Of a DNA stretch of 64,000 nt, positions 13,470 to 27,220 are shown in pieces. How positions within the stretch are numbered: position 1 is the stretch's first letter; each line of letters begins with the position of its first letter. Source of the stretch: Octopus sinensis (taxonomy: Eukaryota); the NCBI RefSeq assembly GCF_006345805.1, contig NC_043008.1, positions 30,008,001 through 30,072,000 on the forward strand, given 5' to 3'. Position numbers and translations under genes: made by a program. The notes below the pieces were generated by a model, which ran no database searches, was not told the DNA's origin, and saw only the letters and a list, made by a program, of their open reading frames with translations.

Positions 13470-14200
13470 ATGTGCCCATCACTAAATGATATTTCAGAAA
13501 AATCAGCTACATTATGACTGAGAATTAAAATTTCACTACCAATAACAGCCATCAATTTCCACCACGACCTAAAGATGACTCCAAACCGGCGCATTCGTTG
13601 TCCACTCTGACCCACGCATGGGAGAATCTTGAAACATATCTTTCATCAACCTTGTTCATGCAGGAAGGGCATTTGGGGACTTACTGAATCACGCCCTAGA
13701 TGTTATTATTTTATAAATTGCAATTAGGCAATTGAGGCTGGTGAATTCGTAGAAATTCTCCAACGATCACCCCTAACTCCGAAGCTAACGTAGAGAATCC
13801 TTCTGCCATTCTTACCTGCCTTCCAGCAGCAAACGTCTCCAATCAGAGATTGACCACAATCACCAGAAGCATTTCATAACTGTTTCAATTTGCTCTTAGA
13901 CTCTGATCAAATGCGTGGTGATGTATTCCGACAGGGTCCTTTCTTGCTAGTCATCGTAGTTACCGTTGCAGGAGCCTGTGCCATATTTTACAGCCTTTAC
14001 ATTGCTGACAGAGTATTGAGCAGCAGTCAGGATCTCGGCATTTCACTACCCGGTGCGAATCGTCATAAAACAGGTAAATCTTTCCCGACATTCCGACAGC
14101 TTCCAATCCTCCATGTCAGCCACCATTTTCGCAACTGCAGCTATCATATTTATGCTCTCCAATGCTGGTGGCATATCAATAACAAATCAGGCTGTTAAAA
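13470..14200 (-). mobile_element. GC-elevated unique island, possibly a decayed Gypsy gag-protease relic
   Basis: Faint motif resemblance only (EILTAA; MAQAPATVT; RILYVS...), with stops in all frames. Confidence 0.15.
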
Positions 14201-15990
14201 GAAGACTTAAGCCCATGTCTGTGCACGTACGTGTGTGCGAGCGTGCATGTGTGTGTGCATGTGCGTCTGCGTGTTGTGTGTGTATGTGTGTTCCTGTGTG
14301 TATGTATTCATTCGTATTCCATGATGCAAATAACCTTTACCGTTATTTTAAATATTGAGTGATTATAATGCCTATTAGGCTTACATGAATACTAAAGATA
14401 TAATTATTATACACGGCAAATAGGCAAAAATATCCCAAATCATTTCGCATGAAGCCAAAGCTCCTGTTCATAAATTGGAAGCATTTACTGGTTTTATGAG
14501 ACGAATATTTTAGCGGCCGTCACTGTTTTTGTGAAAGGAATATGAATGGGATAACCATTTTATTCTCGTGTTGGAGTTTACAGATAATTTGTAATTACTG
14601 ACACATTTATAGAAAATTTCCTATGTATGTTCTATATCATATTTATATTACCCGATAACTAAGTAAAGCATCATCCCCAAGAAACCCCCTCCGATTTCAG
14701 GAAAATTTGTGTTGACACAGTAGAAATATGTCAAGTTCCATAGCAAGTACAGAGCCTGAAGGTCCCATCATAATACCAACGTAATCCTTCGTACACGACA
14801 AGCTATTGTCGAAGGGGATAAGTGTTAGTATAATATTTCTCTCAAAACAAGACTGAAGTCTCAATTTCCTTGTAAATACAACAGAATTGGAGGAAACAGA
14901 AGTATGAATGTTTGATTATTTCAAATTATAAGAAAGGAAGTGTTACATTCAATTTGCAGGAAGTGATTAAGCCTGATTAAGTCTGGTTAATTGATTAAGT
15001 CTGCGTTGTGGTTCAACGATAAAGTTAAAGCTTATCCTTAACAATTGAAATAGACTTATGTAAATAATTTGCTAACAAGCCTGACACCAGATTTGGCTGG
15101 GTGAATTAAGGCTGATAGGTGTGTTTTAAGAAAATAGCCATTGTAGTTATTCAGATAGAAGTGAACCTTGAAAGGAAGTTAGAATTTTAGAATCTTTCAA
15201 CAACGCTGATTTGTTTCTAAACAGCCAACAATGTTTGAAGAAAAGTTAGTTGGCTACAAGCAACACTGACATCTTTCATAAAATTTACCACAATTTTGTC
15301 CGTTGAGCCGTAAGTAAACTTAAAATTACCATTAAGTTTTATCATTAAAAGCGTCAAGGAATTTCTCAATTAAAATGTCGCAGAATTGTGTCATTACAAG
15401 GGCTTCTAAGATATCATTATAACTAATATAGAAGTGTTTCATTTCAACTCTAATATAACTTTGTCATTAAAATTGTCACCTAACTATGTCATTAATACCA
15501 ACAACTATCTATGTTATTTAAACCACCAAGGAGCTCTTTCATTGCAATTATCATTGGAGTTGTATGTTTCATTACAGCTACAACAGGAATTACATTTCAT
15601 GTAGCTGCGCCTTCTCATTACAAATGGTAATAATCTTAATTGTATTCATTAAAGCAGTGATGTAGTGTTTCATTGCAACGACTTCTAAGACATAACAACT
15701 AACTATAGAACTAACTTTTACTATAGCTACTCTTAAACTAAACCTTCTCACTAGTACAAATGAGCTGGTTCAATACCCCGCAGCTTAGTTGCATCGTTAC
15801 ATGTGCTGTTGTCTTTGTCATAAGTGTATAGGTTGGATAATCTTACAATATGCACTGATCTATTTTACTATATTTTACACGCATTCTTTGTGGATATTAT
15901 ATCATTAATTGCACTGTTTTTTCGTAATTATTTTTATTGACATGGTTCAAGAAAGGTTTTCATATTCACGTAGCGCTTTGTTGCAGTTCA

Positions 15991-16182
15991 TTTTACTCTT
16001 TTACACGCTTCATTCTTTCGACATTAGCCATGCTGGAGCACCAACTTTAGTTGGAGAAATCGACCCCAGGACTTATTTATTGTAAACCTAGTACTTATTC
16101 TTCCGGTCTCTTTCCGGTACGTAAACACATCAACATCGGTTGTCAAGTGATGGTGGAGGACAAACACAGACACAAAGTCACT

Positions 16183-16278
<96 letters not shown>

Positions 16279-16420
16279 GATCATCTTTCAGTTTCTGTCT
16301 ACCAAATCCACTCACAAGGCTTTGGTCGGCCCGAGGCTATAGTAAGAAAAAAACACTTACCCAAGGTGCCACGCAGTGGGACTGAATCCCAGACTATGTG
16401 GTTGGGAAGCACAAAGCCAC
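15991..16420 (-). mobile_element. Near full-length SINE family A copy with internal (TA)/(CA) microsatellite
   Basis: Reverse complement aligns along its length with 51725-52166: B-box GGGATTCAGTCCC, CACTGCGTGGCACCTTGGG, CTATAGCCTCGGGCCGACCAAAGCCTTGTGAGTGGATTTGGTAGAC and the tail. Confidence 0.85.
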
Positions 16421-19400
16421 GCTTTCGTTTTCTCTATTAGAAAACTTTACAATGTAGGACATTCTAAAATTTGTACTTCGAGTGATTTTGTTTTCATATT
16501 TCATGGAGAATCGGACAACGTGATTCTCAGTCCAAACCTTTGCCCAGTCAACATGTTTTTTTAAATGGTGTTTTAATTCTAAGACATGTATCGTATTTTT
16601 AAGGATATTAGACGAAAGGTTGAATCATTATCAGTATTTAATTATTAACTCTACCGGGTTAAGCAACAATTTACAAAGCCTCTTTGCTGGCTCCTCTTTC
16701 TGAGACATTGTAGGAATCAATGAAAATTATAGACCTCTCGAAACCATTAAAATCATAACTAAAGTGATGCGTATTTAGAATCATGCACTATACCTCATTC
16801 TATAAGCTTATCAACTGTATTCGATTAACCACACTTCGATACATGTATTTATATAGATTAACCCAATTTATATGTAAGCATTCATGAGATTTTGTGGCAA
16901 TTGTAACTTTATGCTGTCCATAACTAGAAGTAGACTCAAAGAGATAGCAAGCTTATATCTTCGCCAAAAGCGTCTGATATAATAGCTCTTGTTCTACATA
17001 TTTATAGAGAAATCAATATATACTATAAACGATTATGCGAATGGTCACGAGACTGGCTGCCATAATAGCAGCTTGCAGCGAGGTTGCTTATATACACTCA
17101 TTGCATAGTGTTCATGGCAAATATTCGACAGCTACTTTAACTAGCAGTATCGAGACAGATGAGACAGATGACAATAGATCTCATAATCGTATATAATTCA
17201 ATGTATAGAATAATATAAAGTTTTAAATTTTTCATTGGATATTTCTGTTAAACCGTTTATGGACGTCCTTTTTATCAACATTTACCACCGAACGAAATAC
17301 TGTCACTTAACTATTATAATAAGTTAAGGGATTTTCACTTACAAGGGAAGGATTTAGTTGTTCCTGATTTTATAACTGGGATGTGAAATGTTTATTATTA
17401 GTGAGAGTCCGCATGTTTGTTTTATCGTTTTGGTTTCGAAGAGGGTCCTTCGACAACGCTAGCTCTCTGTGGCAGTTAAGATCAATACTTTTCCAAAAAC
17501 TCTTTAACAGTTGTAGGTCGATATCTGCAAGCAAAACTGTACAGTTGGAGATTTGTAGCGGGTGAAAATTCTGAAAAGTAATGAACGAGTTTAGTAAAAC
17601 TATTAGGGCATTTGTGGTTTATATATTATTATTGACAAAATAAAATAGTGACTTGGGAGCGCCTAACGTAATTGGAACGAGTCGGGCTAAATCCCGGAAC
17701 AAATACCGACGTGAGACTGGTAGAGATATAGGAATGAATTGGTAGATAGAGTGAGAAAACAGAAGGATATTAGATTAAATCATAATAGCGACCGTGTCCA
17801 TGCCAAATGCAATCTAGAATGACTACAAACGCAGAAGCGTATCGCCCTAAAGAGAGCAGCACTTATACATTGTGGCTGTAACCTGAAACATGAAGAAGTG
17901 TAATAGTTCAACTATTTTTAATAAAGGATAAAGAAGAGCATTTTTTATCATGCAGACGTTTTATTATTGAGGAAGTACGTTCACCAAAATACATCATAAT
18001 GCTATGACCTAACATTTGTTGCCACCTAGAATAATCTAGTCTATGGCGACACATATATAGCTTGAGACAGGCTGCAGTAATATTTTCTTGATTTTTCGAT
18101 TGCTACATTGATTTAGATTCGATATTTCGTGGAGTAAATGTAATTGGCATGAAACGGCGAAGAATGTTATGAAGACCTTTTTACATGGTGTGTGTGCAAA
18201 ACTGCCGTGAGGTAGTGTCTATATGTGGATCAATATTGGGTGTTGAAGGTTAGAAAACCATCAATGATTATATCAACAAATGGTGTTGTTGGGAGTAGCG
18301 ACAGACAAGTCATAGAAATATTGAATAAAAGAGTAGTGGTGCGGCCAAACCGGACCCTAAGATACGTACGTGCTCTTCCTTGAGAAACATTGAAAACATG
18401 CTGTTCAATTAGTCTGCCTCCAGAATCGCTTACGTGTTATTTCTATTTGTTTTCTCTTTTTTTGAATTGACTCCGAGCCGTTGGTGAGTTGGTTCTTTGT
18501 TGTCCAGTCGGCAGTGTACACTATGAATTACGAAAATATCTTCTATGGTACCAGGAAAATTACTGGAGCTTTATAAATAAAACTGTTCACAGTGGTTATA
18601 AATCAAAATATATTACATTCCTTTGCTAGTGCAGATATATTACAAGTTATTTGGAAGAGCTATATATCATATAAAATCAAATCCATCCCAAGCAAATTCC
18701 AGGGCATAAGTATATCACAATGCAATATATTTATATTGTACTTGGATATACGATGTTAAGAATATTATTCTGCCCATAGAAGTAGAAACAACTTCGCTTT
18801 CTTCTCTTCTATAAATATTTTGCTTAAGACTAGGTCAAATATTTTTCTCCTAACGGATTGTCATGCGAAGTCTTCATATGGACATTAGCCCTACTTGTTC
18901 GTCTTATTTTCAAAATATCGATTTTTCTAAAATTATATCCGTAGGGGGGATATTTCTTCTTAATGAACATTTTCATGATATTTTTTTTATAATTGCGAAA
19001 TATTTGTTTTTAGTGACAAAATAAATATGTTCATTAGTTAGATATTTTCGATATTATTGGAATCACCACTTTGATTGTTTGCATGTTTCTCTAAAGTTAA
19101 TTAATCCCCGGAAGAGAAGACATATTTAAAATTGAGTTTTACCATCAACTTGTGTATATGTCGTGTTTTGTACTCATATAGTTTTAAAGTATAGCCTTGC
19201 CGAAAAAATACTGATTTATAAATGATTTATAAGAATATCCCTTGAAAAACACGTATTAGAAATTCAACCTGCAAGCAATAAAATCCAAGTTCCTATCCAA
19301 TTTCACAATACTCTAATAAAATATACCATAAATACATTGAGTAATATAATCTAGTACATAGTACACTGTCTCAAATCTAACCTCCAAAAATAAGATAATA

Positions 19401-19599
19401 CTAACAGCGGAAATGGATTTATAATGCATCAGTTCGAAAGTGGACGACTAACTACGATCTAAACATCAAAATAACGGGATAAAAGTAGGTTTAAAGATAG
19501 AGTTATAGATAGTAAATAAGTAAAATAAGTTTGGAGTTGGAAGGTCCCAGTTCAAATATGTTTTTAAAATATGGAATAAGTTTAGGTTCAAATATATAA

Positions 19600-20260
19600 A
19601 TTATTACTGTTAGTTTGCAACCATTCCGATATGCACAGAAATCTACCGGTGGAGCACAAATGGAAGACGATTAAAGTAAGAAAACTATCATTGAAGACAA
19701 AGAACAGACAGGGGTGCATCAACTGCGACCACTGACAAGATTGCCTTGCAAGCGGACGAACTAATTTGTGTGGATACCCCTGATAGAATTCGTGAGCTAA
19801 TGACATAAACAAACCATGCTCGTAATAAATACAGTATATGGTTGAAACCTCGGGATAGGTGTGCAGGGTTGTTGCTCTGGCAGTTTACGCCCAATTCGAA
19901 TTGGTGATCGGTTGAGACAGCCACGATGACAGTTTTCGCTACATGTCAAGGGTGTCATTCTCCTTTATTTTCTGTAAACAGACAGATGTAAATTCAACCT
20001 TGAAAAAGCCAAGAAAGACCATTAGAAGAAAGATAAGTAAACAAATTATATTCGCCTTAACAATGCTTCACCCATCTATGGCAACAAATCCTGCAAATCC
20101 AGAATCGAAAAAATGAACTAGTCTTTGCTTTCTAAACTAGTATATTGCACGGATGTAGTTTCCTCCGACTACTACTTGTTCCGTACAGTGAAGTACAGTC
20201 TTTAGGGACAACGATTTAATCTTTCAGATGCTTTGATATTTACTGGGTAAAAGTAAGTAT
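19600..20260 (+). mobile_element. Degenerate mariner (DD34D-type) transposase relic
   Basis: Fragments HSDMHRNL, IIEDKEQTG/STATTD..ADELI..D..IREL, TLKKPRKTIRRK and DVVSSDYYLFRTVKYSL*GQRF, matching PDLAPSDYHLF..LK..L.G.RF. Confidence 0.65.
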
Positions 20261-21334
20261 AAATATTCGCTCATTTGTTTTGGTTTCGAAGAAATTTTGC
20301 GATGGAGAAAAGGCATAGCTTGGGAAGAAAAATATCTATAGAGAAAGAGTCACGGTACCAATATGTCGTACAATACAGAAAACATGTTAACATTTTACTA
20401 CTTAAACTAACTCGTGAGTACATATATAAACTTATATATACCTATTTAAATAAAACAAATATATAGTTATGACGGCATGTATGTGTATGATGTGTGTTTG
20501 TGTATTTGTGTGTGTGTTCGTGCGTGTGTGTGTGTGCATGTATGTGTGTATGTATAACGGAAGGATCGTCGGTAGCGTTAGATATTTAACCTGGGACAAA
20601 TGTTATTATTCGTTCTGCAGTCCTTAAATCTTCGAATTTTTTAAAGTACCAAATATATTTTCTTATTTAACATTTATAAATATTAGAAATATCATTTTTA
20701 TATTTATAACTACTTATAAACTGCCCTTCTCTAAACCATATCTTGATAGCCCACATCTGTCATCTAGGCTTCAATATAAATTCCCAGTATTCTTTATCTA
20801 TATCAAATACTTAACCTAAGTGTCGCGTAAAAAAACCAGAAGCTGCTGTTTTTAGCTCAGCAAAAGTCTGTTTACAGACTTATCGTTTTACTCTGGAGGG
20901 AATTTCTCAGGCGAAGAACTTCACTTTCTGTTTTCCCACTAGAACTAACGTGACGCACGAGGATGAGTTAGAACGTATAGCAATGCTTCAATTCTTTTGA
21001 TTCACCCTCGTGTCGTCACACGAGTGACCCAAAGACTAAGGTAAATAAAATTTGCATCTTCAACAGTGCTATTTCTGCTGTCTAATCCGAAACTTATTTC
21101 AAGAGATATGTATTAAAGTGTCTATTTCTACATCCGTAGAATACACAACGGTTGCCATCATCACACACATATAGCATCTGACTTATTTTTGTTAAAGGCA
21201 GCTGCGCTACGTATACTTCAGTGCACGTTGCTTTACCCCTTAAAATATTAGATGTCGCACAAGTCCGTCAGCTACTAGATTAGATGTAATGCCAAGAAAA
21301 CTGATTGGTGTTACTTGGTTTGAAACTTTTTTTC

Positions 21335-21460
21335 TCAATTGAAATCTTGCCGAGGTCAACTGTGCCATTCATCGTTTTGAGATCGATAAACTAAAGTAAC
21401 AATCAAATAGTGGGGACGATGTAATCGAATAAGTCTCTTATCTCAAAATTGCAAATCTTT
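21335..21460 (+). mobile_element. Degenerate fragment of SINE family B
   Basis: GCCGAGGTCAACTGTGCCATTCATCGTTTTGAGATCGATAAACTAAAGTA aligns to the core of 22499-22690 and 30790-30930. Confidence 0.5.
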
Positions 21461-21676
21461 TTCCTAAATCAGAAATGATTATGTATTGCACAAAGCATTC
21501 ACATCTAAAATACGGGTTCGAAGGTCGTCACCGTTGTTGCACATGAGTCTCCTCACTTTTTATAAATTTAGCGGCAATACAACATTTATTTTTCTATTAA
21601 GCAGTCAGGCATTGATTTTTTATTTGTGTGTGCGTGTGCGTAAGCCTGAGTGCGTGCGTTTTTGTCTGCATGTGTA

Positions 21677-21715
<39 letters not shown>

Positions 21716-22498
21716 ATGTCTGTGTGAGTATATGTACATATGCCGAGGATTTGAATGGTGATCCCTCAGTTGGCAACGTATTCAAATTCTACATTCAATT
21801 CATTTCGTCCTCTGCAACCTATTTTCTTTTTCCGTTATTTTTTTATATTATTTTCTTCTATTCAAGCAGTGGGTTGATAGCACATCAGTTTTGATCTCCA
21901 CTTCTCTGGAAACATTCATCTAATTCGCTGGCTATCAGATTATTATTTGATACTATTCATCTGGGATAAACTTCACTAGGGATTGATGGACATCTTGTTG
22001 AGTAGAACATTCTGCTATCTCTTTTGATAACATTCTATAATCTGCTAAACATAATATTTTTTTCTTTTTTCGTTTAATCAGGATTGATCATGCATTGCAT
22101 TGTACTTTCCTATGAATTGATTCAATTTCTTGACAGTTGTCTTTGTCGTCCGTCAATATTGCTACGAATTTAGTAATTTTTTCTATTGTTTAATGTTTTT
22201 TATTTGATTTTGTTCTTTTAATGTTATTTTAGATTTTCGTTCTGTGTCTTCATTCCCATTCTTGTGATATAATATCCTCCTGATAATAGTTTTTTTTCCT
22301 TTTTCCTTTTTTTCTTTTTTTAGTTACAATAACTGACAAATCCTATATTTCAGATATTGCTCTGGCCTGCTCTGATATATGATTTATTTTTGTCTCGAAT
22401 CTGTTTTGTAATTTCCATGCCTTTATAAAACAAGGCCTTATTTGCGTTACTATTATTATCATTATTGTAAAAAATAATATTATTGTAATACTACCTGA

Positions 22499-22690
22499 AG
22501 GCGATGAGTTGGTAGAATCGATAGCACGCCAAACGAAATGCTTAGTGATATTCCTCCCGTTCTTAGGTTCTGAATTCAAATACCGCCGAGGTCTACTTTG
22601 CCTTTCATCCTTTCGGGGTCGATAAATTAATTACAGTGAAACAGATGTAATCGATCCAACCAAATTTCAGGCTTTATGCCTTTAGTATGA
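22499..22690 (+). mobile_element. tRNA-derived SINE family B (octopus OK-like; Deu/Nin-like core)
   Basis: A-box-like TTGGTAGAATCG, B-box-like GTTCTGAATTCAAATACC, core GAGGTCTACTTTGCCTTTCATCCTTTCGGGGTCGATAAATTAA. Confidence 0.75.
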
Positions 22691-23998
22691 ATAATTATTG
22701 TAATACTACTAATTGTCAGTGCTAGTAGTAATATTACATTTAGTAGTCGCAGTAGTAGTATTTGAAGCAGCTGTTGTTCTAACAGCTGCTGCTATTATTT
22801 GTTTTTATTGGTATTTTGTGCAATTAGTATTAGCCTTTTGTGATGGCATTCCCTGTATCCTCACGTAAGAAAGTTATACTTTAGATTATCATGACATTGT
22901 GTTAATGATGTCTGTTTGAGTCCCATGTTGCATTTTCGTCTATTCCCAATTCATTTCTATAAACCTGTGCACGTTACACATTTTCAGATCCCTGTGTGTT
23001 TTATAAGTTGTTGAATTCATGCTCAAAATGACTTCTATTCACCAGCTGTCACTGACTGGTATACACGAAGCTTTCCGTCATATTTTTTTTTTTTTTTATA
23101 ACACATGGTTTTCGCATTAATGCAATGTTAAACGCATCTCGAATTATTTCCATCTTATCTGAAGGTTTGTTTACCTATAGCTTCTTGAATTACTTGTAGT
23201 TTTATATTTTACTGTCCATTTCTTTTCACTCCATTCCATGATGTTATTGTTTTCTTTGCAGTAGTTGTACAAATATAACGTGCAGAAAGGCAGTCTCAGA
23301 TTTTTTCTTTAATGAATTGTGTGCTTATATTTAAGTGATTGTCGCAAGTCATTTTCCTGTGGAATACTCTCAGTTTCTATTTTTCCTATTTATTCTAACA
23401 TTTATTTCTAATATATCTTATTGATCGGTTTAAGGCAGTTGATAATGGCAAAAAGCAATGGAGTGATGTTTTTCACTGGTTGGTTGATTTAATGACATAG
23501 GATACCTCAATGCTTCCCTTTCTAGTCGTAACTATCTGCTCTTCCGTAATGCAGCTCCTCAGAGTGTCGATCAATTACATACCTACTGAACAATGGCGAC
23601 TAAATATAAGCCGACGTATTTTTGTCAGTCAAAATAAAAATGCTCGAATTAGTTACCTAACTGGACAAGGAGGCCTGGTAGACAATTAAATGCACAAGTT
23701 TCGTCTAGAAGAGAAATAAAACGCTTTATATCAACTAATAAAAGCCGCATCATAAAAGAGAGTTCGACAGAGGGCTAGTGATTCTGGACTTCAATGAGAG
23801 GGGCTACTAAATTTTCTTGTTACTTATACCCATAAATAATGCATTGTGTTATTTATTTGAACCACGCTAATTCTTTTTCAAAAGAATTTAATGCTTTTGC
23901 GAATTCGTAAAACAAGTACTAAGGATTTCATTGTTAATTACGGTTACCTATCTATCTATACATACATACACACACACATATGTATATATATATATGTG

Positions 23999-24060
<62 letters not shown>

Positions 24061-24070
<10 letters not shown>

Positions 24071-24211
24071 TTAGAGAGAAAACCACTGTTTTGCAAAACA
24101 AACAAGGAAAGACTTAATCAATACATAAAATTTTAATAAAATTTTATGTATTGATTAAGTCTTTCCTTGTTTGTTTTGCAAAATAGTGGTTTTGTCTCTA
24201 ATTAATATTAT
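24061..24211. repeat. Near-perfect 151-bp palindrome (75-bp arms, 1-nt spacer at 24136)
   Basis: Left arm ...TAATTAGAGAGAAAACCACTGTTTTGCAAAACAAACAAGGAAAGACTTAATCAATACATAAAATTTTA equals the reverse complement of the right arm with 2 mismatches. Confidence 0.95.
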
Positions 24212-24295
24212 ATAATATTTTACTATAAAATTGGATTTAATCCTAAATCTGATTTTTTCCCTGTAAATTTGGATTTATTCCCTAATATTTATTAT

Positions 24296-24329
<34 letters not shown>

Positions 24330-25859
24330 AACATGTTCTTGCTCTCCCGACAGAAGATAAAGTGTTGTTTCTTTTAATAATATTTGACAAAGTGAGATAT
24401 ATTGGAACAGGTAATATTTTCTTTATATAATTTTTAAAATCATTTTTATTAAATGCCCTCCTAAATTGAAATGTCTGAGATTTATAGTCAATAAAACATA
24501 TATCAGAAAAGAAGCACACTCTAGAGAATAAAGCAGTAATTATTACGACTAAAAATTTTATTTGGGACAGAAACCTCTGGTAGAATTATTTTTTTTTGTT
24601 GTAATATGCATACTATATATATATATATATAATTGCTGTTATTTAACAACATTTATATAAATTATATAAATATAAATTTATAACGTCAATCTGTTGCGTC
24701 TGCACATTAAATTGGTCGGTATTATACAAATATGGTTGACTGTAAATCAGCATTTAAGCATCATTCATTTTTCCTGATTCAATATCTTAAGCTATAGAAG
24801 TTAGAATCAATGATGAATAGAACTAAATCGTAATCCTGCCTAACATGTACGGAAACAATTACATTCAGTTGCTCGGAAACGAATTTAAACAGCAGAACCT
24901 TTTTGGCATTTTCCTTTTATCTAATTCAATAAAATTTATTATGAATAGTTTTGTTTTCATAACTGAAGTCTTGAAATGATTTGTAAAATGGCAGGTTATA
25001 GGATTTAGTTCGGATTAAAACGGCAAGATCAACAAATAGGAATTGTTTGGGATTATAAACGAAGAAATTATTCCTGGAGGTTCTTTCCATAAGCAATAAG
25101 AAAATATTTTGCTAAATATGATTAATTATCTCTCCCTGTTTCCATTTTATTTTCCCACATAATATCTGTATGGAATTATTTGTATTGCATACACGTTTGC
25201 GTAGTTCAGAATTTCACTTCATCACAACATGTCTATAGTACGATTATTTGCGCGTACTTTCGGAAAGATTAATTTATATAGCGTAGGTTCGTCCCTTCCG
25301 CCTGTAAAGTTAGGAAAAAATCCATCAACTCACAGAAGCAAAAACACGCCCCTAGATTTCCCGGTGTTTTGTAAATATGTGGTTGAGTTGATGTGGGTCT
25401 GGTTGAGCTGCCGATGTATGCATCTTGTCATTAAAAGAATCTCAGATGGATAAGTTTTGGAATGTCTTGCCAGTCTTCACGCTACCAGTAACAAACAGAC
25501 TGGGTTTGGAGAATTCACTTCAGATTTCTTTGCTCTTCCTTTGAAAACCCTGATATTTCTACATAAATTTCTTTATAAATTTCATGAAAGTTTCTTGGTG
25601 CATAACATAATACACCCATAATGACAGTTACACAGCTAACAATTAATAGCTGTAATTTCCACATTAATTCGGCATAAATATTCTCTTTTTCTTGGACTTA
25701 TGATTGTACACTTACATATGCTGTGTAGCAGACTTATACAAGTGTACTTAACTTTTCTCCCTGTCCACAGAACAATATCAGTTCCATTATGTTTACACCG
25801 ATAGCTGCTTTCATTGAGCTTTCACCAGTATTTGTTTTTAAAGGTATGAACGTATTCCG

Positions 25860-27220
25860 GTCCTGACATACCTTTGATGTATACGCCAGAGCAACCCTTC
25901 TTTTCGATAGCATTCTAAATAGTCCTTGTAACTATATCATGTCTCAGGGATAGGTAGTATTTCGTAGACATTTTGGGGTAACTGTTGTGGTATAAAACTG
26001 GTATAATAGAGCCGACACTTTTTAGCACTACGTGGAGCATTCGTGCTATCTTTGTTGCTGTTGCTTATCAGATATTTAGTAGCTATCGCCAGTTGCTGGA
26101 CCGCGAAGGCATATCCTTGTTGGTGGGATATAATGTATCTATCGCAGGTCCACGAGAGGATACTCTTCCTGTCAATGCTGTTGTTGCCCTCCAGCTTACG
26201 GGATGCGTACCCGTGCATTGCTTTTTGCTGGTATGATGTCATTTTCTCCCCAGCTCCTGTTTAAGTTCCGTTGGGTCACATGAGGCAATTATATTATCAG
26301 AGTACCTGCACAGTAGTTCTTCAACTCTGAAAATGTTGTTGTTCACACTTTTTGATATGTATGGAATGTACTCATTTCTTTCTTTACTGCACAGCATGTG
26401 TTGTCAGAGGGATACAAGGCGACTTTGGAATGTTATTTGGACTGAACATATGCCACTACCACCTTCGCTTCATCTCACATAGATATTATCAGTCGTGTTA
26501 ATGTGGAAGTTGCCAGTGGTGATCAGTACCTACCTGCTCCTGATATCTGCTTCGTTGTGCGTCGAGTCCAATATTCCCAATATTGTTTCTAGGACTAGCA
26601 CTACAAAAGCATTGTGCGATATGGTTTTATTAAATACAGCTCTGAGTTCCATATTTTCCTTAGTCTACAGAAGTTTTTTTTTTGTTCTTATGGCTCTGGC
26701 TACAGTATCAACGCATGCAGCTTTCTCATCGGTTTCGAGAAGCTTGTAGATAGGAGGGATCGACAAATGATTGACGTACAAGTTCTCTGGTTTACAATAT
26801 TTCGTCTGTTGACTCTCATGTATGAGCATTTATTTTGCCCAAACTCCATACCCACGTCTCATGAAAATGTTGTAACTAGTTCTAATTGTCTCTTACTGTT
26901 GAGCATGTTACCAGAATATAACTAATTCATCAACAAATAATCTTAGGATGACATTAAAATTATCATTTTTTGCATATCTCAGCACATAAACTTGGCATTT
27001 TGTTAACTGACGAGAGTTTCACTGTCCGTTGATAGGTTAATACTGTTTGTAACATTAATAATTACTTTAACAGTTGTCAGTGATAATTCTGTAGAGTTAT
27101 CACTCTACATGTGGGGTCAGTTTTCAATGGTATTCACTATTGCATCTGGTAATTTGGCAAGGTGTAGTGATTCTATCGTCCATGTGTGAGACACACGGTC
27201 GAACGTCTTCTATGCATTTA
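25860..27220 (-). mobile_element. Degenerate RLE-type non-LTR retrotransposon (R4/Dong/NeSL-like), RT to zinc-knuckle region
   Basis: KTFDRVSHTW (RT motif), LFVDEL (equivalent of the YxDD box), KRQLELVTTFS*DVGMEFGQNKC, VLITTGNFHIN, YQQKAMHGY, GYAFAVQ..IATKYL...KCRL. Confidence 0.85.

Noticed and set aside
17343-17575. Minus-strand segment with a good acceptor and GTAAGT donor and a 66-codon frame
   Set aside because: All three frames hit a stop before the donor and no homology is recognised. It may be further transposon debris.
18150-18410. Tc1-like words (GSVYMW, PDPK, NIENM)
   Set aside because: Too few and too degenerate to support a call without a profile search.
20815-21000. ~62-codon open frame ending TNVTHEDELERIAMLQFF*, plus a 7-bp hairpin at ~21008-21025
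   Set aside because: No start codon, no convincing splice pair, no recognisable homology.
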